A stretch of 64,000 nt of DNA, taken from NCBI GenBank assembly GCA_965214935.1, contig CBDCCS010000022.1, forward strand, positions 96,001 to 160,000, written 5' to 3'. Below the pieces are notes generated by a model. The model made no database searches and had not been told where the DNA came from. It worked only from the letters and a program-made list of their open reading frames with translations. The stretch is from Candidatus Velthaea sp. (GTDB lineage Bacteria > Vulcanimicrobiota > Vulcanimicrobiia > Vulcanimicrobiales > Vulcanimicrobiaceae). The position numbers were made by a program, and so were the translations under genes. Position 1 is the first letter of the stretch. Each line of letters opens with the position of its first letter. This document shows, in pieces, positions 41,272 to 51,079 of the stretch.

Positions 41272-42801
41272 ATGGCAGTCGCCGCTTTTCCGCGCCGGTA
41301 CGAAACGATCGAGTATGGGTCTCGCCGCTGGCTTATCGCATTCGGCATTGCGCTTGCGCCGTTGCTCGAGACGGTAGATAGTTCGATCGTTAATGTTGCA
41401 TTGCCGGCGATTCGCGGCAATCTCGGCGCTTCGCTTGACGAGGCGACCTTTATCATCACCGGTTATCTGACCGCCAATGTCGTCGTCATCCCCCTGACGC
41501 CATGGTTCGCCGAACGCTTTGGCCGCCACCAATACCTCGCATTCTCGATCTTTGGTTTTACTGTTGCATCAATGCTTTGCGGTTTCGCACCGAACATTGA
41601 ATCGCTCGTCTTGTTGCGCGTCGTGCAAGGCTTTTTTGGGGGCGGCTTAATTGCAACGACGCAGGCCGCGCTACGCGATCTTTTCCCGCCCGAACAAGCC
41701 AACGTCGGCCAAGCAATTTTCGGCGTGGTCATCGCGACCGGTCCGATTCTCGGGCCGCTTTGCGGTGGGATCATCGTCGATGCGCTCAGCTGGCCGTGGA
41801 TCTTCTATGTCAACCTTATTCCCGGCGCGATATCGGGCTTCGTTGCCCTGACAATGTTAAAAAGTCCGCGCGACCCGCAGCCGCTGCGTCTCGATCTTCC
41901 GGGCATCGCCCTATTAGCGCTGGGTATCGGCGCACTACAGTACCTGCTCGACGAGGGCGAACGCAAAGATTGGTTCAGCAGCGAAATCATCATGCGAGCC
42001 GCGGCGCTCGCGCTCGTAGGTTTACTCGCCTTTTTCGTCGTCTCGCTGCGCACAAAGAATCCGATCGTCGACGTCCGGGCGCTTCGCGATCGCTCGGTGT
42101 GGTCAGGCTGCATTCTTGCAGCCGGCTTCGGCACGACGCTAATCGGATTGAACTTCATGCTGCCGCAATATCTACAAGATTCACTCGCGTTTACGCCGAC
42201 CTTGAGCGGGCAGTTCATTCTCTTTCGCGGACTTCCGATCGTGCTACTTGCTCCGGCGATCTGTGCCGCGCTCGGCGCGAATCGCTTCGATCCGCGTTTG
42301 CTCATCGCTTTCGGCTTCGTAGCGACCGGGGTCGGCACCGGCTGGCTCGGGACGCTCGTGACAAGTCACAGCGATTTTGGAAATCTCGTCTGGCCGCTCG
42401 TCTTGGCCGGGATCGGTACGGCGTTTCTCATCATCCCGCTCTTAACCGTCGTGATCGCGAGCGTCACCGACGCGATGGCACCGAAAGCGAGCGCGTTTAT
42501 CACCCTTTCGATTCAACTGGGCGGATCGATCTCGAGCGCACTCGTGGTTACCATTCTCGATCAGCGCCAAAACTTTCACGTCGCCGTCGCAGCAGCAAAT
42601 GTCACGCTTCGGCAACGTTCGATCGTCCACGATCCCTCGACGGCTAGCGCGCTCAGCGCGGAAATTCAGCGTCAAGCGACGGTGTTGTCATATGCCGACA
42701 TTACGTACTTAGTCGCAGCGGTCGCCTTTGTTCTCGTTCCATGCGTCTTCATCGTCCGGCGCCCACCAAGAGGCAAACCGATCGGAGCCGCAGCCGAATG
42801 A
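41272..42801 (+). CDS. DHA2 (EmrB/QacA) MFS efflux permease
   Basis: D.SIVNVALP, LRVVQG..GG, WPWIFYVN; about 14 TMs. Confidence 0.92.
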   Translation: MAVAAFPRRYETIEYGSRRWLIAFGIALAPLLETVDSSIVNVALPAIRGNLGASLDEATFIITGYLTANVVVIPLTPWFAERFGRHQYLAFSIFGFTVASMLCGFAPNIESLVLLRVVQGFFGGGLIATTQAALRDLFPPEQANVGQAIFGVVIATGPILGPLCGGIIVDALSWPWIFYVNLIPGAISGFVALTMLKSPRDPQPLRLDLPGIALLALGIGALQYLLDEGERKDWFSSEIIMRAAALALVGLLAFFVVSLRTKNPIVDVRALRDRSVWSGCILAAGFGTTLIGLNFMLPQYLQDSLAFTPTLSGQFILFRGLPIVLLAPAICAALGANRFDPRLLIAFGFVATGVGTGWLGTLVTSHSDFGNLVWPLVLAGIGTAFLIIPLLTVVIASVTDAMAPKASAFITLSIQLGGSISSALVVTILDQRQNFHVAVAAANVTLRQRSIVHDPSTASALSAEIQRQATVLSYADITYLVAAVAFVLVPCVFIVRRPPRGKPIGAAAE

Positions 42802-43121
42802 ACGGCCTGCCGTGCCGGCTTGCCAACGGCGGCCAAGCCGACTGCGAAGCATGTGCAGCGCACGCGCGATTTCTCGCCGACCTCGTTGCGATCGGCGAAC
42901 GGTCGTCGCCGGCTGCCCGCGAGCTCGATCCGCTGCTGCTCGACGTCTTGCACGCCGAGCCGGACGCGCAAGATTGGCTTACCGTCTACCGTATCGTGCA
43001 AGACGCAGTGTTCGCCTCGACAGCGGGCGCGGACGAAGCACGCTTGCGACTGGCGCAATTCCTAGAAGAAAACAACGATTTGGCCGTCGCTGCGATGCAT
43101 CGATCGCCGGCGCTACGCTAG
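42798..43121 (+). CDS. Small hypothetical protein with N-terminal Cys cluster
   Basis: ATGA coupling to DHA2 gene; C..........CEAC..H. Confidence 0.55.
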   Translation: MNGLPCRLANGGQADCEACAAHARFLADLVAIGERSSPAARELDPLLLDVLHAEPDAQDWLTVYRIVQDAVFASTAGADEARLRLAQFLEENNDLAVAAMHRSPALR

Positions 43122-43126
43122 AGGAA

Positions 43127-43153
43127 AGCCCGGGAGATCGAACCTCCCAGGCT
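43127..43153. terminator. Hairpin between convergent genes
   Basis: agcccgggag / ctcccaggct imperfect stem. Confidence 0.45.
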
Positions 43154-43158
43154 CATAT

Positions 43159-44178
43159 TTACTGACCGCCGTAATTACCGCTTTTAATGTCCGAGCTGAT
43201 GATTTTCGGCAGATCCGCGAGAAATTTATCTTGATTGACGTAGAGCTGGTTATAGTATTTATCGACACTGGTTTTATCGATTTGCGGCATCACGAGCTGT
43301 TTGCCGCTTAGCGGCGTTTTATCGCGGACGTAGCTTACGACGAGCGTCAAACCTTCGCCCATCTCAAGTGCGCCGTTTTGCAGTTGCGTCGTGTTGATCG
43401 TGCCGTCTTTGACATAGCGCAGACCATCTTTAATTCCGTCGATCGCCGTTACCGGAATTTTGCCGGCAAGGCCTTTGGCTTTGAGCGCAGTGATGCCGCC
43501 GATCGCCATGTCGTCGTTCTCGGACACGAAGCCGTTGATTTGCGAACCGTAACGGGCGATCCAGTTCTCCATGAGCGTCAGCGCTTCGGAGCGTTTCCAA
43601 TTTGCCGTTTGCATCGAGAGTACGTGGATGCCCGGATACTTCTTGAGCGCCTGATTGATGCCGTTGGTGCGATCGATCTGGCCCGAGCCGCCGATCGGTC
43701 CTTCGGTGACGACGATGTTGCCCTTGCCGTGCAGGAGCTTCGCCATCGCTTCCATCTCATCGTAACCGGCGCGAACGTCATCGGGTCCGAAATATCCGGC
43801 AAGTGCATCGCTCTTGATCGATTGATTGACCGCGAAAGTCGGGATCCCGGCCGCTTTCGCCTTTTTGATTTCCGCATCGAGCGTCGATGAGTTCACCGGA
43901 TCGATGATGATGGCATCGACCTTCTTATCGATGAAGCTGTCGATCTGTGAGAGCTGCGTCGGGACGTCGTTATTGGAGCTCGTCCACAATACGTTGACGC
44001 CCATCGGACCCGAAAGCCGGTCGATGCCTTGTTTGCCCCACGAACACCACGACGACATGTCGTAAACGGTGACGCCGATGGTAACCGGCTTGGCGGCTCG
44101 CGCAGGCGGAACTGCGGCAACGACCGCTAGCGATAGACCCAGCGCGCACGCTGCCGTCAATTTTGTCATTCGATTCAT
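43159..44178 (-). CDS. Sugar/polyol ABC transporter substrate-binding protein
   Basis: Signal peptide; RbsB-type KVDAIII.P, R..G, ANW, NDDMAIG, IDG. Confidence 0.9.
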   Translation of the reverse strand: MNRMTKLTAACALGLSLAVVAAVPPARAAKPVTIGVTVYDMSSWCSWGKQGIDRLSGPMGVNVLWTSSNNDVPTQLSQIDSFIDKKVDAIIIDPVNSSTLDAEIKKAKAAGIPTFAVNQSIKSDALAGYFGPDDVRAGYDEMEAMAKLLHGKGNIVVTEGPIGGSGQIDRTNGINQALKKYPGIHVLSMQTANWKRSEALTLMENWIARYGSQINGFVSENDDMAIGGITALKAKGLAGKIPVTAIDGIKDGLRYVKDGTINTTQLQNGALEMGEGLTLVVSYVRDKTPLSGKQLVMPQIDKTSVDKYYNQLYVNQDKFLADLPKIISSDIKSGNYGGQ

Positions 44179-44234
44179 GATCACTCTTTCTTTGTATAGC
44201 ACAGCTTCAACAGAGTAGTCGGGCGACGGGCGGT

Positions 44235-45173
44235 TCAGCGTCGGCGATTAGCGAGCGCGTCGATCGCAACGGCACCGATAATAATCGTGCCTTGAATGAG
44301 CCCCTGATAGAACGGAGAGATATTGAGCAGATCGAGACTATTTACCATGATGCCGATGATGAGTACGCCGGCAACGGTGCCGAGCAGCGAACCGCGCCCG
44401 CCGCTCAAACTCGTCCCGCCGATGACGGCCGCAGCGATGGCGGTCAGCTCGTAACCTTCGCCGTTGGTCGAGATTCCGGCCGTTGCGCGTGCCGACAGCA
44501 CGACGCCGCCTAAGCCGGCCAGCAGACCTGAAAGCGAGTAAACCGCAAGTTTCACCGCGCGCGTATCGACACCCGACACCCGCGCTGCTTCCTCGTTTCC
44601 GCCGACAGCGTAAATATAGCGTCCAAAGCGCGTTCGCGCCAGTACGATACCGAAAATGATAAACGTTACGACGCTGATGATGATCGGATATGGGACACCG
44701 AAGAAGCTGCCTTGACCGAGCGCGAGAAATTCGTTCGAGAGGTCGGAGATCGGCTGGCCTTGGCTAAAAACGAACGCCAGACTGCGCGCGATCGACATCA
44801 TGCCGAGCGTAACGACGAACGGCGGGATCCGCACGAAAGCGACGAGTGCGCCGTTCACCGCGCCCATGAGCAGGCCGGCCGCGACACCGACGGTTAGAGC
44901 GATTGCAAAAGGACCGTCACCGGGGTTTTTGCCGAGCAGCGCGGCCACAATCCCGGTCAACCCGACGATACTGCCGACGGAGAGATCGATACCGCCGGTG
45001 AGAATCGTAAGTGTCGCACCGATCGCGAGCAATGAATTGATCGACGTCTGCAGCAAAATATTCTGCACGTTCCCGACGCTGCGGAAACTCGGCACGAACA
45101 GTTCGAGCAATACGACCAGCACGATGAGCACGATCGCGATTGCGTATTTGTTGACCAGCGCCGGAACGTTCAA
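44235..45173 (-). CDS. Sugar ABC transporter permease (RbsC type)
   Basis: GGIDLSVGS, PPFVVTLG, YAVGGNEEAA..SG, IGGTSL.GG.G. Confidence 0.93.
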   Translation of the reverse strand: MNVPALVNKYAIAIVLIVLVVLLELFVPSFRSVGNVQNILLQTSINSLLAIGATLTILTGGIDLSVGSIVGLTGIVAALLGKNPGDGPFAIALTVGVAAGLLMGAVNGALVAFVRIPPFVVTLGMMSIARSLAFVFSQGQPISDLSNEFLALGQGSFFGVPYPIIISVVTFIIFGIVLARTRFGRYIYAVGGNEEAARVSGVDTRAVKLAVYSLSGLLAGLGGVVLSARATAGISTNGEGYELTAIAAAVIGGTSLSGGRGSLLGTVAGVLIIGIMVNSLDLLNISPFYQGLIQGTIIIGAVAIDALANRRR

Positions 45174-46702
45174 GCAGCGTCGCTTTTAGCGGCAACTTGC
45201 ATGATGCTTTCTTGCGAAAAGTCGGCGCGGCCGAAAGTTCCCGCGATTCGCCCTTTGCGCATCACGACGATGCGATCGCTCAGCGTCATGAGTTCGGGCA
45301 ACTCGCCGGACACGAAGAGCACAGCGGCGCCTTCGCGCGCCAGCCGACGCAGCAAATCGTAGATCTGCGCCTTCGCTCCGACGTCGACGCCGCGCGTCGG
45401 TTCGACCAGCAGGTACGCGACCGGCGCAGGCCGCGCGAGCAGCCACTTTCCGACAACGGCTTTCTGCTGATTGCCGCCGCTGAGCGTGCGGATCGGCTGC
45501 TGCAACGAGGACGCTTTGATCGATAGCTCGTCGACGATCGAACGCGCGGCTGCACGTTCGGCACGGCCGTCCACGAAGCCGCGCGGCGTAAAACGGCGCA
45601 GCGCTCGTAACGTAATATTCTCGCCGACGCCGAGTTCGGGAATGATACCGCTGCTCTTGCGATCTTCGCCGACGAACGCGACGCCGTGACGGATTGCGTC
45701 GCGCGGAGCGTGCACCGCGACCGTGGTGCCGCCGATGACGATCGTTCCACGCGCGGCGCGGCGTAGCCCGAAGATGGTTTCCAACAGTTCGCTGCGGCCG
45801 GATCCAAGCAATCCCGCTAAGCCCACGATCTCACCCGGCGCGACCCGCAAGCAAACGTCGTCGAATTCGCCGTCGCGGCCCAGACCGTCGATTGCCAGCG
45901 CCGGGGTTGCATCGAGGCGCGTGGCCGGTGCCTCGTCGCTACCAGCAAACATCCGGCTCAACTCGCGCCCGACCATCAAGCGAATTAAGCGCTCCTCATC
46001 GAGCTCTGCCGCCGGTTCCGTCGCAATGAGCGCGCCGTCGCGTAAAATGCTCACGTCGTCGGCCATGGCATAGAGTTCTTCCATCTTATGCGTCGTAAAT
46101 GCGAGCGCGACGCCGCGTTCGCGTAACCGCCGCACGAGTGCATATAAGCGTTCGATCTCGGCGGAATTCAGCGACGATGTCGGTTCATCCATGAGCACGA
46201 TCGAAGCGTTGCGAACGACGACGGCTTTGACGATCTCGAGTAATTGTAATTGCGCGGTACTCAACTCACGCGCCGGCGTGCGCGGATCGACCCGCAAATC
46301 TAATTCGGCGAGCGCCTTATTCGACTGTTCGATCATGGCTTTCGTATCGACGAACCCGCCGCGCCCGCGCTCGATGCCTAAGAACAAATTTTCGTAGACG
46401 GTCATGTCGCGCAGCGGCGTCAATTCTTGATGGATCATCGAAACGCCGGCGTGCAACGCGTCGCGCGGTCCGGCAAAGGTAACGGGCATCCCGTCCAGGG
46501 CGATCGTTCCGGCATCCGCGCGATATAATCCGGCGAGTATTTTGAGCAACGTCGATTTTCCGGCACCGTTTTCTCCGGCAAGCGCATGCACCTTACCGGC
46601 AGCCAACGAGAAATCGACGCCCGATAAAACGCGCGTTCCACTAAAGCTTTTGACGATTCCGCGCATTTGCACGCCGCGGAACGCTGCTGAGGTCACCTGC
46701 AT
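45170..46702 (-). CDS. Sugar ABC transporter ATP-binding protein (RbsA type)
   Basis: GENGAGKST, DEPT, LSGGNQQK, EPTRGVDVGAK. Confidence 0.95.
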   Translation of the reverse strand: MQVTSAAFRGVQMRGIVKSFSGTRVLSGVDFSLAAGKVHALAGENGAGKSTLLKILAGLYRADAGTIALDGMPVTFAGPRDALHAGVSMIHQELTPLRDMTVYENLFLGIERGRGGFVDTKAMIEQSNKALAELDLRVDPRTPARELSTAQLQLLEIVKAVVVRNASIVLMDEPTSSLNSAEIERLYALVRRLRERGVALAFTTHKMEELYAMADDVSILRDGALIATEPAAELDEERLIRLMVGRELSRMFAGSDEAPATRLDATPALAIDGLGRDGEFDDVCLRVAPGEIVGLAGLLGSGRSELLETIFGLRRAARGTIVIGGTTVAVHAPRDAIRHGVAFVGEDRKSSGIIPELGVGENITLRALRRFTPRGFVDGRAERAAARSIVDELSIKASSLQQPIRTLSGGNQQKAVVGKWLLARPAPVAYLLVEPTRGVDVGAKAQIYDLLRRLAREGAAVLFVSGELPELMTLSDRIVVMRKGRIAGTFGRADFSQESIMQVAAKSDAA

Positions 46703-46895
46703 AACGGCACTTTCCGAACAGCCGGAATTTTCACTTCCCTTGTCTTAGCATTTACTGATACCCTTGGCGCCGTCAGCGCACCGCAGCGTACGTGCACTCT
46801 TGCGTGCACTCATACGTCGCGACGCGCCGTGATGCCGGCGGTACGCGAAGCGCATCGTCGCAGGAAGCGGTGTGCACGCGTCCGTAGACAATTTC

Positions 46896-47669
46896 ATGCA
46901 ACAGACGGAGCCCGCACCACGCGCACTATTGGCGGGACGCAGAGCGCTCGTGACGGGCGCGGGCGCCGGGATCGGCCGCCAAATCGCGCTGCTCTTCGCA
47001 CGTGAAGGCGCCGACATTGCCGCCTTTTCACTCGATGGCGATCTCGACGCATTAGGCCGCGACATTACGGCGCTTGGAACGCGTTATGTCTCGTACGCCG
47101 GTGATGTAACGGACACGTCGGACATCGCGGCAGCCGTCGCGTTGGCGAACGACCGGCTTGGCGGCATCGACATTCTGGTCAACAACGCCGGAATCGCGAT
47201 CATCGAACTCGCCCTGCAAACAACGCTCGACCATTGGAACAAAACGCTCGCCGTTAATCTTACCGGAGCGTTTTTGTGCGCTCAGGCCGTTGCTGCCGGA
47301 ATGATCGAGCGAAAGTTCGGCCGCATTATCAATATTTCGTCGCAGGCAAGTCTCATTGCATTACCGGGACACGTAGCGTATACGGCGAGTAAGGGCGCGA
47401 TCAACGCTATCACGCAGGTGCTGGCACTTGAATGGGGGCCGTTCGGTGTTACGACGAACGCCGTTGCCCCGACGGTCGTCAACACGGAACTTGGGAAAGC
47501 CGTTTGGAGCGATCCGGCCAAAGGCGATCCGATGCGCGCGATGATTCCGGTCGGCCGCTTCGCCGAACCGCTCGAGGTCGCGCAGGCGGTCCTTTACTTA
47601 GCTTCCGATGCCGCAGCGATGATCAACGGACTCGTGTTGCGCATCGACGGCGGCGCGACCATTCACTGA
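46896..47669 (+). CDS. SDR polyol dehydrogenase (D-threitol dehydrogenase/L-xylulose reductase-like)
   Basis: TGAGAGIG, NNAG, YTASK, PTVVNTELG..VW. Confidence 0.85.
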   Translation: MQQTEPAPRALLAGRRALVTGAGAGIGRQIALLFAREGADIAAFSLDGDLDALGRDITALGTRYVSYAGDVTDTSDIAAAVALANDRLGGIDILVNNAGIAIIELALQTTLDHWNKTLAVNLTGAFLCAQAVAAGMIERKFGRIINISSQASLIALPGHVAYTASKGAINAITQVLALEWGPFGVTTNAVAPTVVNTELGKAVWSDPAKGDPMRAMIPVGRFAEPLEVAQAVLYLASDAAAMINGLVLRIDGGATIH

Positions 47670-47825
47670 CGGCTAACCGACGGCTTGCGGACCGCCGTCG
47701 GTCGATTCCATCCCGCGCAACGGCACGGCCGTCGGGCACAATTGCAATCGTATCAAACGTCGTGAGAGACAAGCTTACTTCGGCTATTGAGGGCACGACG
47801 GCAACGAGCACGGCGGCGCTTGCGA

Positions 47826-48065
47826 TTACTCGACGGCAGCCGGATCGTCCGCAGCATCCTCGATGTCGGCGATCTGCGCCGCACCGTGGATGACTTCTTG
47901 CACCGGCTGCCCGCCGCCCTGAATCGGGTCCGAGACGACCGCGTAATGCACGTGGCCGTGACCGTGACTATCGTCGGCATGCAACGTGCCGGCCAAGACG
48001 CGTGTATCGGCCAGCGTAATGCGGACCGGTTTACCGACGTATGGTTGAACTTCTTGATCGGTCAT
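47826..48065 (-). CDS. Small hypothetical protein, possible Sm/LSm-like fold
   Basis: RBS GAAGGAG; YVGKPVRITLAD.RVLAGTL. Confidence 0.65.
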   Translation of the reverse strand: MTDQEVQPYVGKPVRITLADTRVLAGTLHADDSHGHGHVHYAVVSDPIQGGGQPVQEVIHGAAQIADIEDAADDPAAVE

Positions 48066-48112
48066 AACGCGATGTGTTCTCCTTCTATATAATGAGGCTT
48101 GGAGCGTAGGTG

Positions 48113-48916
48113 CTAAGCGGCGATGAGTTCGAGGAACGGGCGCAGGTCGCCCTCGTCAACTTCCATTCCCACACCGCGCGCGTTCCAGCGCGCATCGTGG
48201 AAATCGGACCCGGCGGTCATGACGAGCGAGAGCCGCCGTGCCAGCGCACGATAATGTGCGACTTGACTTGAAGAGTGCGTCGAGTAAAACACCTCGAGAC
48301 CGGCAAGTCCGCAGTCGGCGAGATCGTCGACGATCGATTCGTCGTGTAAGCGGCCGGGATGGGCAAGTACCGGTACGCCGCCGCAGCGCCGGATAACGTC
48401 CACGGCTTCCATCGGCGTTATGTGCTGCGCAGGCACGTAACCGGCGCCGCCGGCGCTCAGCAAGGTACGAAATGCGGTCGCGACGTCGCGAATCAAACCG
48501 GCCGCAACGAGCGCCTTGGCAACGTGCGGCCGCCCGACCGCGTGGCCGTTGCCTACCTGCAGTTGCACGTCGGCTTGGCTAATCGCAAAGCCATGCGCGT
48601 TGAGCTGAGCGATGATGCGTTGCATCCGCTCGCGCCGCGCTTGACGATTTTGTTCGAGCGTCGCGGTTAGCGGCGAAGCGCCGAGCGGTAAGCCGTATCC
48701 CAGCACGTGCACTTCGTTGCCGCGCCAGGTCGTATTGATCTCGATTCCGGCAACGAGCTTCGCATCCTTAACGGCCAGACCGTCATACGCGCGCAGCGTA
48801 TCGTGGTCGGTAATCGAGAAGATCGTCACACCGCGTTTGCGCATCAGCTCGACTAACTCAAGCGGCTCGAGAATGCCGTCGCTGGCGTTCGTATGACTGT
48901 GGAAGTCGACGATCAC
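48113..48916 (-). CDS. PHP-domain phosphoesterase (TrpH/YciV-like)
   Basis: DFHSHT.ASDG, ITDHD, GRPH.A, LAHP, GSDFH. Confidence 0.92.
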   Translation of the reverse strand: MIVDFHSHTNASDGILEPLELVELMRKRGVTIFSITDHDTLRAYDGLAVKDAKLVAGIEINTTWRGNEVHVLGYGLPLGASPLTATLEQNRQARRERMQRIIAQLNAHGFAISQADVQLQVGNGHAVGRPHVAKALVAAGLIRDVATAFRTLLSAGGAGYVPAQHITPMEAVDVIRRCGGVPVLAHPGRLHDESIVDDLADCGLAGLEVFYSTHSSSQVAHYRALARRLSLVMTAGSDFHDARWNARGVGMEVDEGDLRPFLELIAA

Positions 48917-48958
48917 GCGACGCTGCCGCAGGCGGTCAAGCCGCAGACGGCCGTAGCG

Positions 48959-49759
48959 TCACGCCAAACCACGCAGCTGAATCCGCTTGATCTCGACCGC
49001 TTTTCCGGTCGCGGTGTCCAACGTCGCGACCGCAGCGCAAAACTGCCGCGCACCGGTTTTTTGGACGCTGAAGCGCTCGCTGATCGGGCCGGTAAATCGC
49101 TCGAGTACCGCCTTTTGCTCCATACCGATGACGCCGTCCGACGGCCCGGTCATGCCGACATCCGTGAGGTATGCCGTACCGCCGGGGAAGATCTGTTCGT
49201 CGGAGGTTTGCACGTGCGTGTGCGTGCCGTAGAGCAACGAAATCTCCCCGTCGAAGAAACGCGCCAGCGCCATCTTCTCCGAAGTTGCTTCGGCATGCAC
49301 GTCGACGACGATACAATTCGTTTGATAGCGCAAATCCGCGATGAGTTCTTTGCCGATGCGAAACGGATCGTCGACGGCCGGCATGAACACGCGTCCCATC
49401 AAGTTCACCACGCCGATTTTCACCCCATCGACGGTGAAGATGCCGCTGCCGCGTCCGGGCGAACCAGGCGGATAATTGGCCGGCCGAATAACGCGATCGG
49501 TTTCATCGAGATAGCCGCGAAATTCGCGTTTGTCCCAAATGTGATTGCCGCTCGTAATGAAGTCGACTCCGGCGGCGAACATGTCTTCGGCGGTCTGTTC
49601 GGTGAGTCCGAAGCCGCCGGCCGCGTTCTCGCCGTTGGCGATGACCGCGTCGACACGATGCTGTTCGCGGGCAAATGCGAGGTGCTTTTGCAGCGTCTCA
49701 CGGCCGGGCGAACCCATGACGTCGCCAATCACGAGTACCGATACGGTCGTTTTTACGAT
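48959..49759 (-). CDS. ymdB: YmdB/TIGR00282 metallophosphoesterase
   Basis: GDV.G.PGR, NGENAAGGFG, GNH.WD, HAEATSEK, GTHTHV.T.D; start uncertain (GTG 49732 or ATC 49759). Confidence 0.93.
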   Translation of the reverse strand: MVKTTVSVLVIGDVMGSPGRETLQKHLAFAREQHRVDAVIANGENAAGGFGLTEQTAEDMFAAGVDFITSGNHIWDKREFRGYLDETDRVIRPANYPPGSPGRGSGIFTVDGVKIGVVNLMGRVFMPAVDDPFRIGKELIADLRYQTNCIVVDVHAEATSEKMALARFFDGEISLLYGTHTHVQTSDEQIFPGGTAYLTDVGMTGPSDGVIGMEQKAVLERFTGPISERFSVQKTGARQFCAAVATLDTATGKAVEIKRIQLRGLA

Positions 49760-50304
49760 CTTGCCCGAGCCTTGGCGCCTTTGCCGGAATGCACGAAGTA
49801 GACCAAAACCCGCTTCTCTTCACGAAAGCCGACCAACCGTTTACGTCCAGCCGAATCGCGCAATGCATCGAGCGCGAACTCCACGAGCTCGTCGGGATCC
49901 ATCGCGTCGTCGTCAAGCGTGTCGTCCGGCGCCGATTTGACGAGCGACGAGCCGAAACGATCCGCAAACAAGGCGATCTGCAACTCTAGTTCTTCGCGCG
50001 AAAACGTCGCAAAGTCGCGACTGACATGCAAAAAGGTTACGTTTGCGTCGCGCTCGCTCGTTACGCTGATCTTGGCCGGACTCTCGCCGCGCAGTTCCAG
50101 GATCGCCCGCACGTGCTCGCCGAGATAATCGCTAAAAGCACGGATTGCATCGCGGTCCAAGCGCCGTCCGACCGCATACGAAAGGGTTACCGACTCGTCT
50201 GCCGGGGACGAACGAATGCTATGAATTTCGGGAAACCGGACGAGCAAAGCGACCACGCGGTTCACCGTGTCATTGGATTCGAAGGCCGAGCGTGAGGTGT
50301 GCAC
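49753..50304 (-). CDS. Hypothetical protein upstream of ymdB
   Basis: Well-formed ORF with a GTG after a purine-rich RBS; stop overlaps the ymdB 5' end. Confidence 0.7.
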   Translation of the reverse strand: MHTSRSAFESNDTVNRVVALLVRFPEIHSIRSSPADESVTLSYAVGRRLDRDAIRAFSDYLGEHVRAILELRGESPAKISVTSERDANVTFLHVSRDFATFSREELELQIALFADRFGSSLVKSAPDDTLDDDAMDPDELVEFALDALRDSAGRKRLVGFREEKRVLVYFVHSGKGAKARARS

Positions 50305-50501
50305 TGGAGATTCTCTCTTTTGGGCGGGCGGCGGGGCCGAACACTTCGGACCCGCCCGTCGGCGCCCCCTTCGCGGCCCAGCCAAGTTGCCGAAAGCCGA
50401 TCACGCGCTTCCCCGCCTGCGCAAGGCAGGAGAATTCTTAGCGAATGGAATGCGTCTCAGCCCAGGCACCAACTCGTTCGGTCAAGAAGGAATGTCCGGT
50501 C

Positions 50502-51029
50502 ATGAAAGAACGTTCGCGCGGGGCGACGCCTTCCGCGGTCACGGTTCGGCAGTACGGGCAGACGATAATCCTCGAGCCCGCTTTGCGTAAAGGCGGCGTT
50601 TCCGTCTCGGTTCGCCCGTCGTTTTGGTCCGACATCATCGCGGCGGTCGATGCGTTGCGCCGTCGTACTGCCGTTCGCTCCCGCGGTGAAGCGGCACTCG
50701 CGATGGTGCGCGCCGGGATCGATCTTGAAGATGCCGTCGAACCCGCTATCGGTTCGTCGCGGCTCGTGCAGCGTCAACTCGATTTAGCTCGCGGTTTGAC
50801 GCTCGATCCGGCCGGCATCGTGTTGCGCGGATTTTTCGATCAGCTCAACACCAACGCCGCGGCGCACTTCATGCGCGTGCTGCGCGAAGTCGCCGGCCGT
50901 GGCGTTGCCTGTTATATCGTGGCCGGCAGCGCGCGCGAAGCGGAGCTTGCAGCGACGGCCGTTCGGCTCGTTTTCGGAGCAACGGCGTTGCTTGGCCGGG
51001 CGCCCCGTCTCCGGCTGGGCTTTGCTTAA
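50502..51029 (+). CDS. Hypothetical protein
   Basis: ATG after AAGAAGGA; fills the gap between convergent and divergent neighbours. Confidence 0.6.
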   Translation: MKERSRGATPSAVTVRQYGQTIILEPALRKGGVSVSVRPSFWSDIIAAVDALRRRTAVRSRGEAALAMVRAGIDLEDAVEPAIGSSRLVQRQLDLARGLTLDPAGIVLRGFFDQLNTNAAAHFMRVLREVAGRGVACYIVAGSAREAELAATAVRLVFGATALLGRAPRLRLGFA

Positions 51030-51079
51030 GCGAGCGGATCGAGCCCGCGGTTCATTGCGGATTCATCCGGCCCGGATCG

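Noticed and set aside
50320..50440. GC-rich hairpins between divergent hypothetical genes
   Set aside because: The stems are short and expected at this GC content, with no recognisable RNA family signature.
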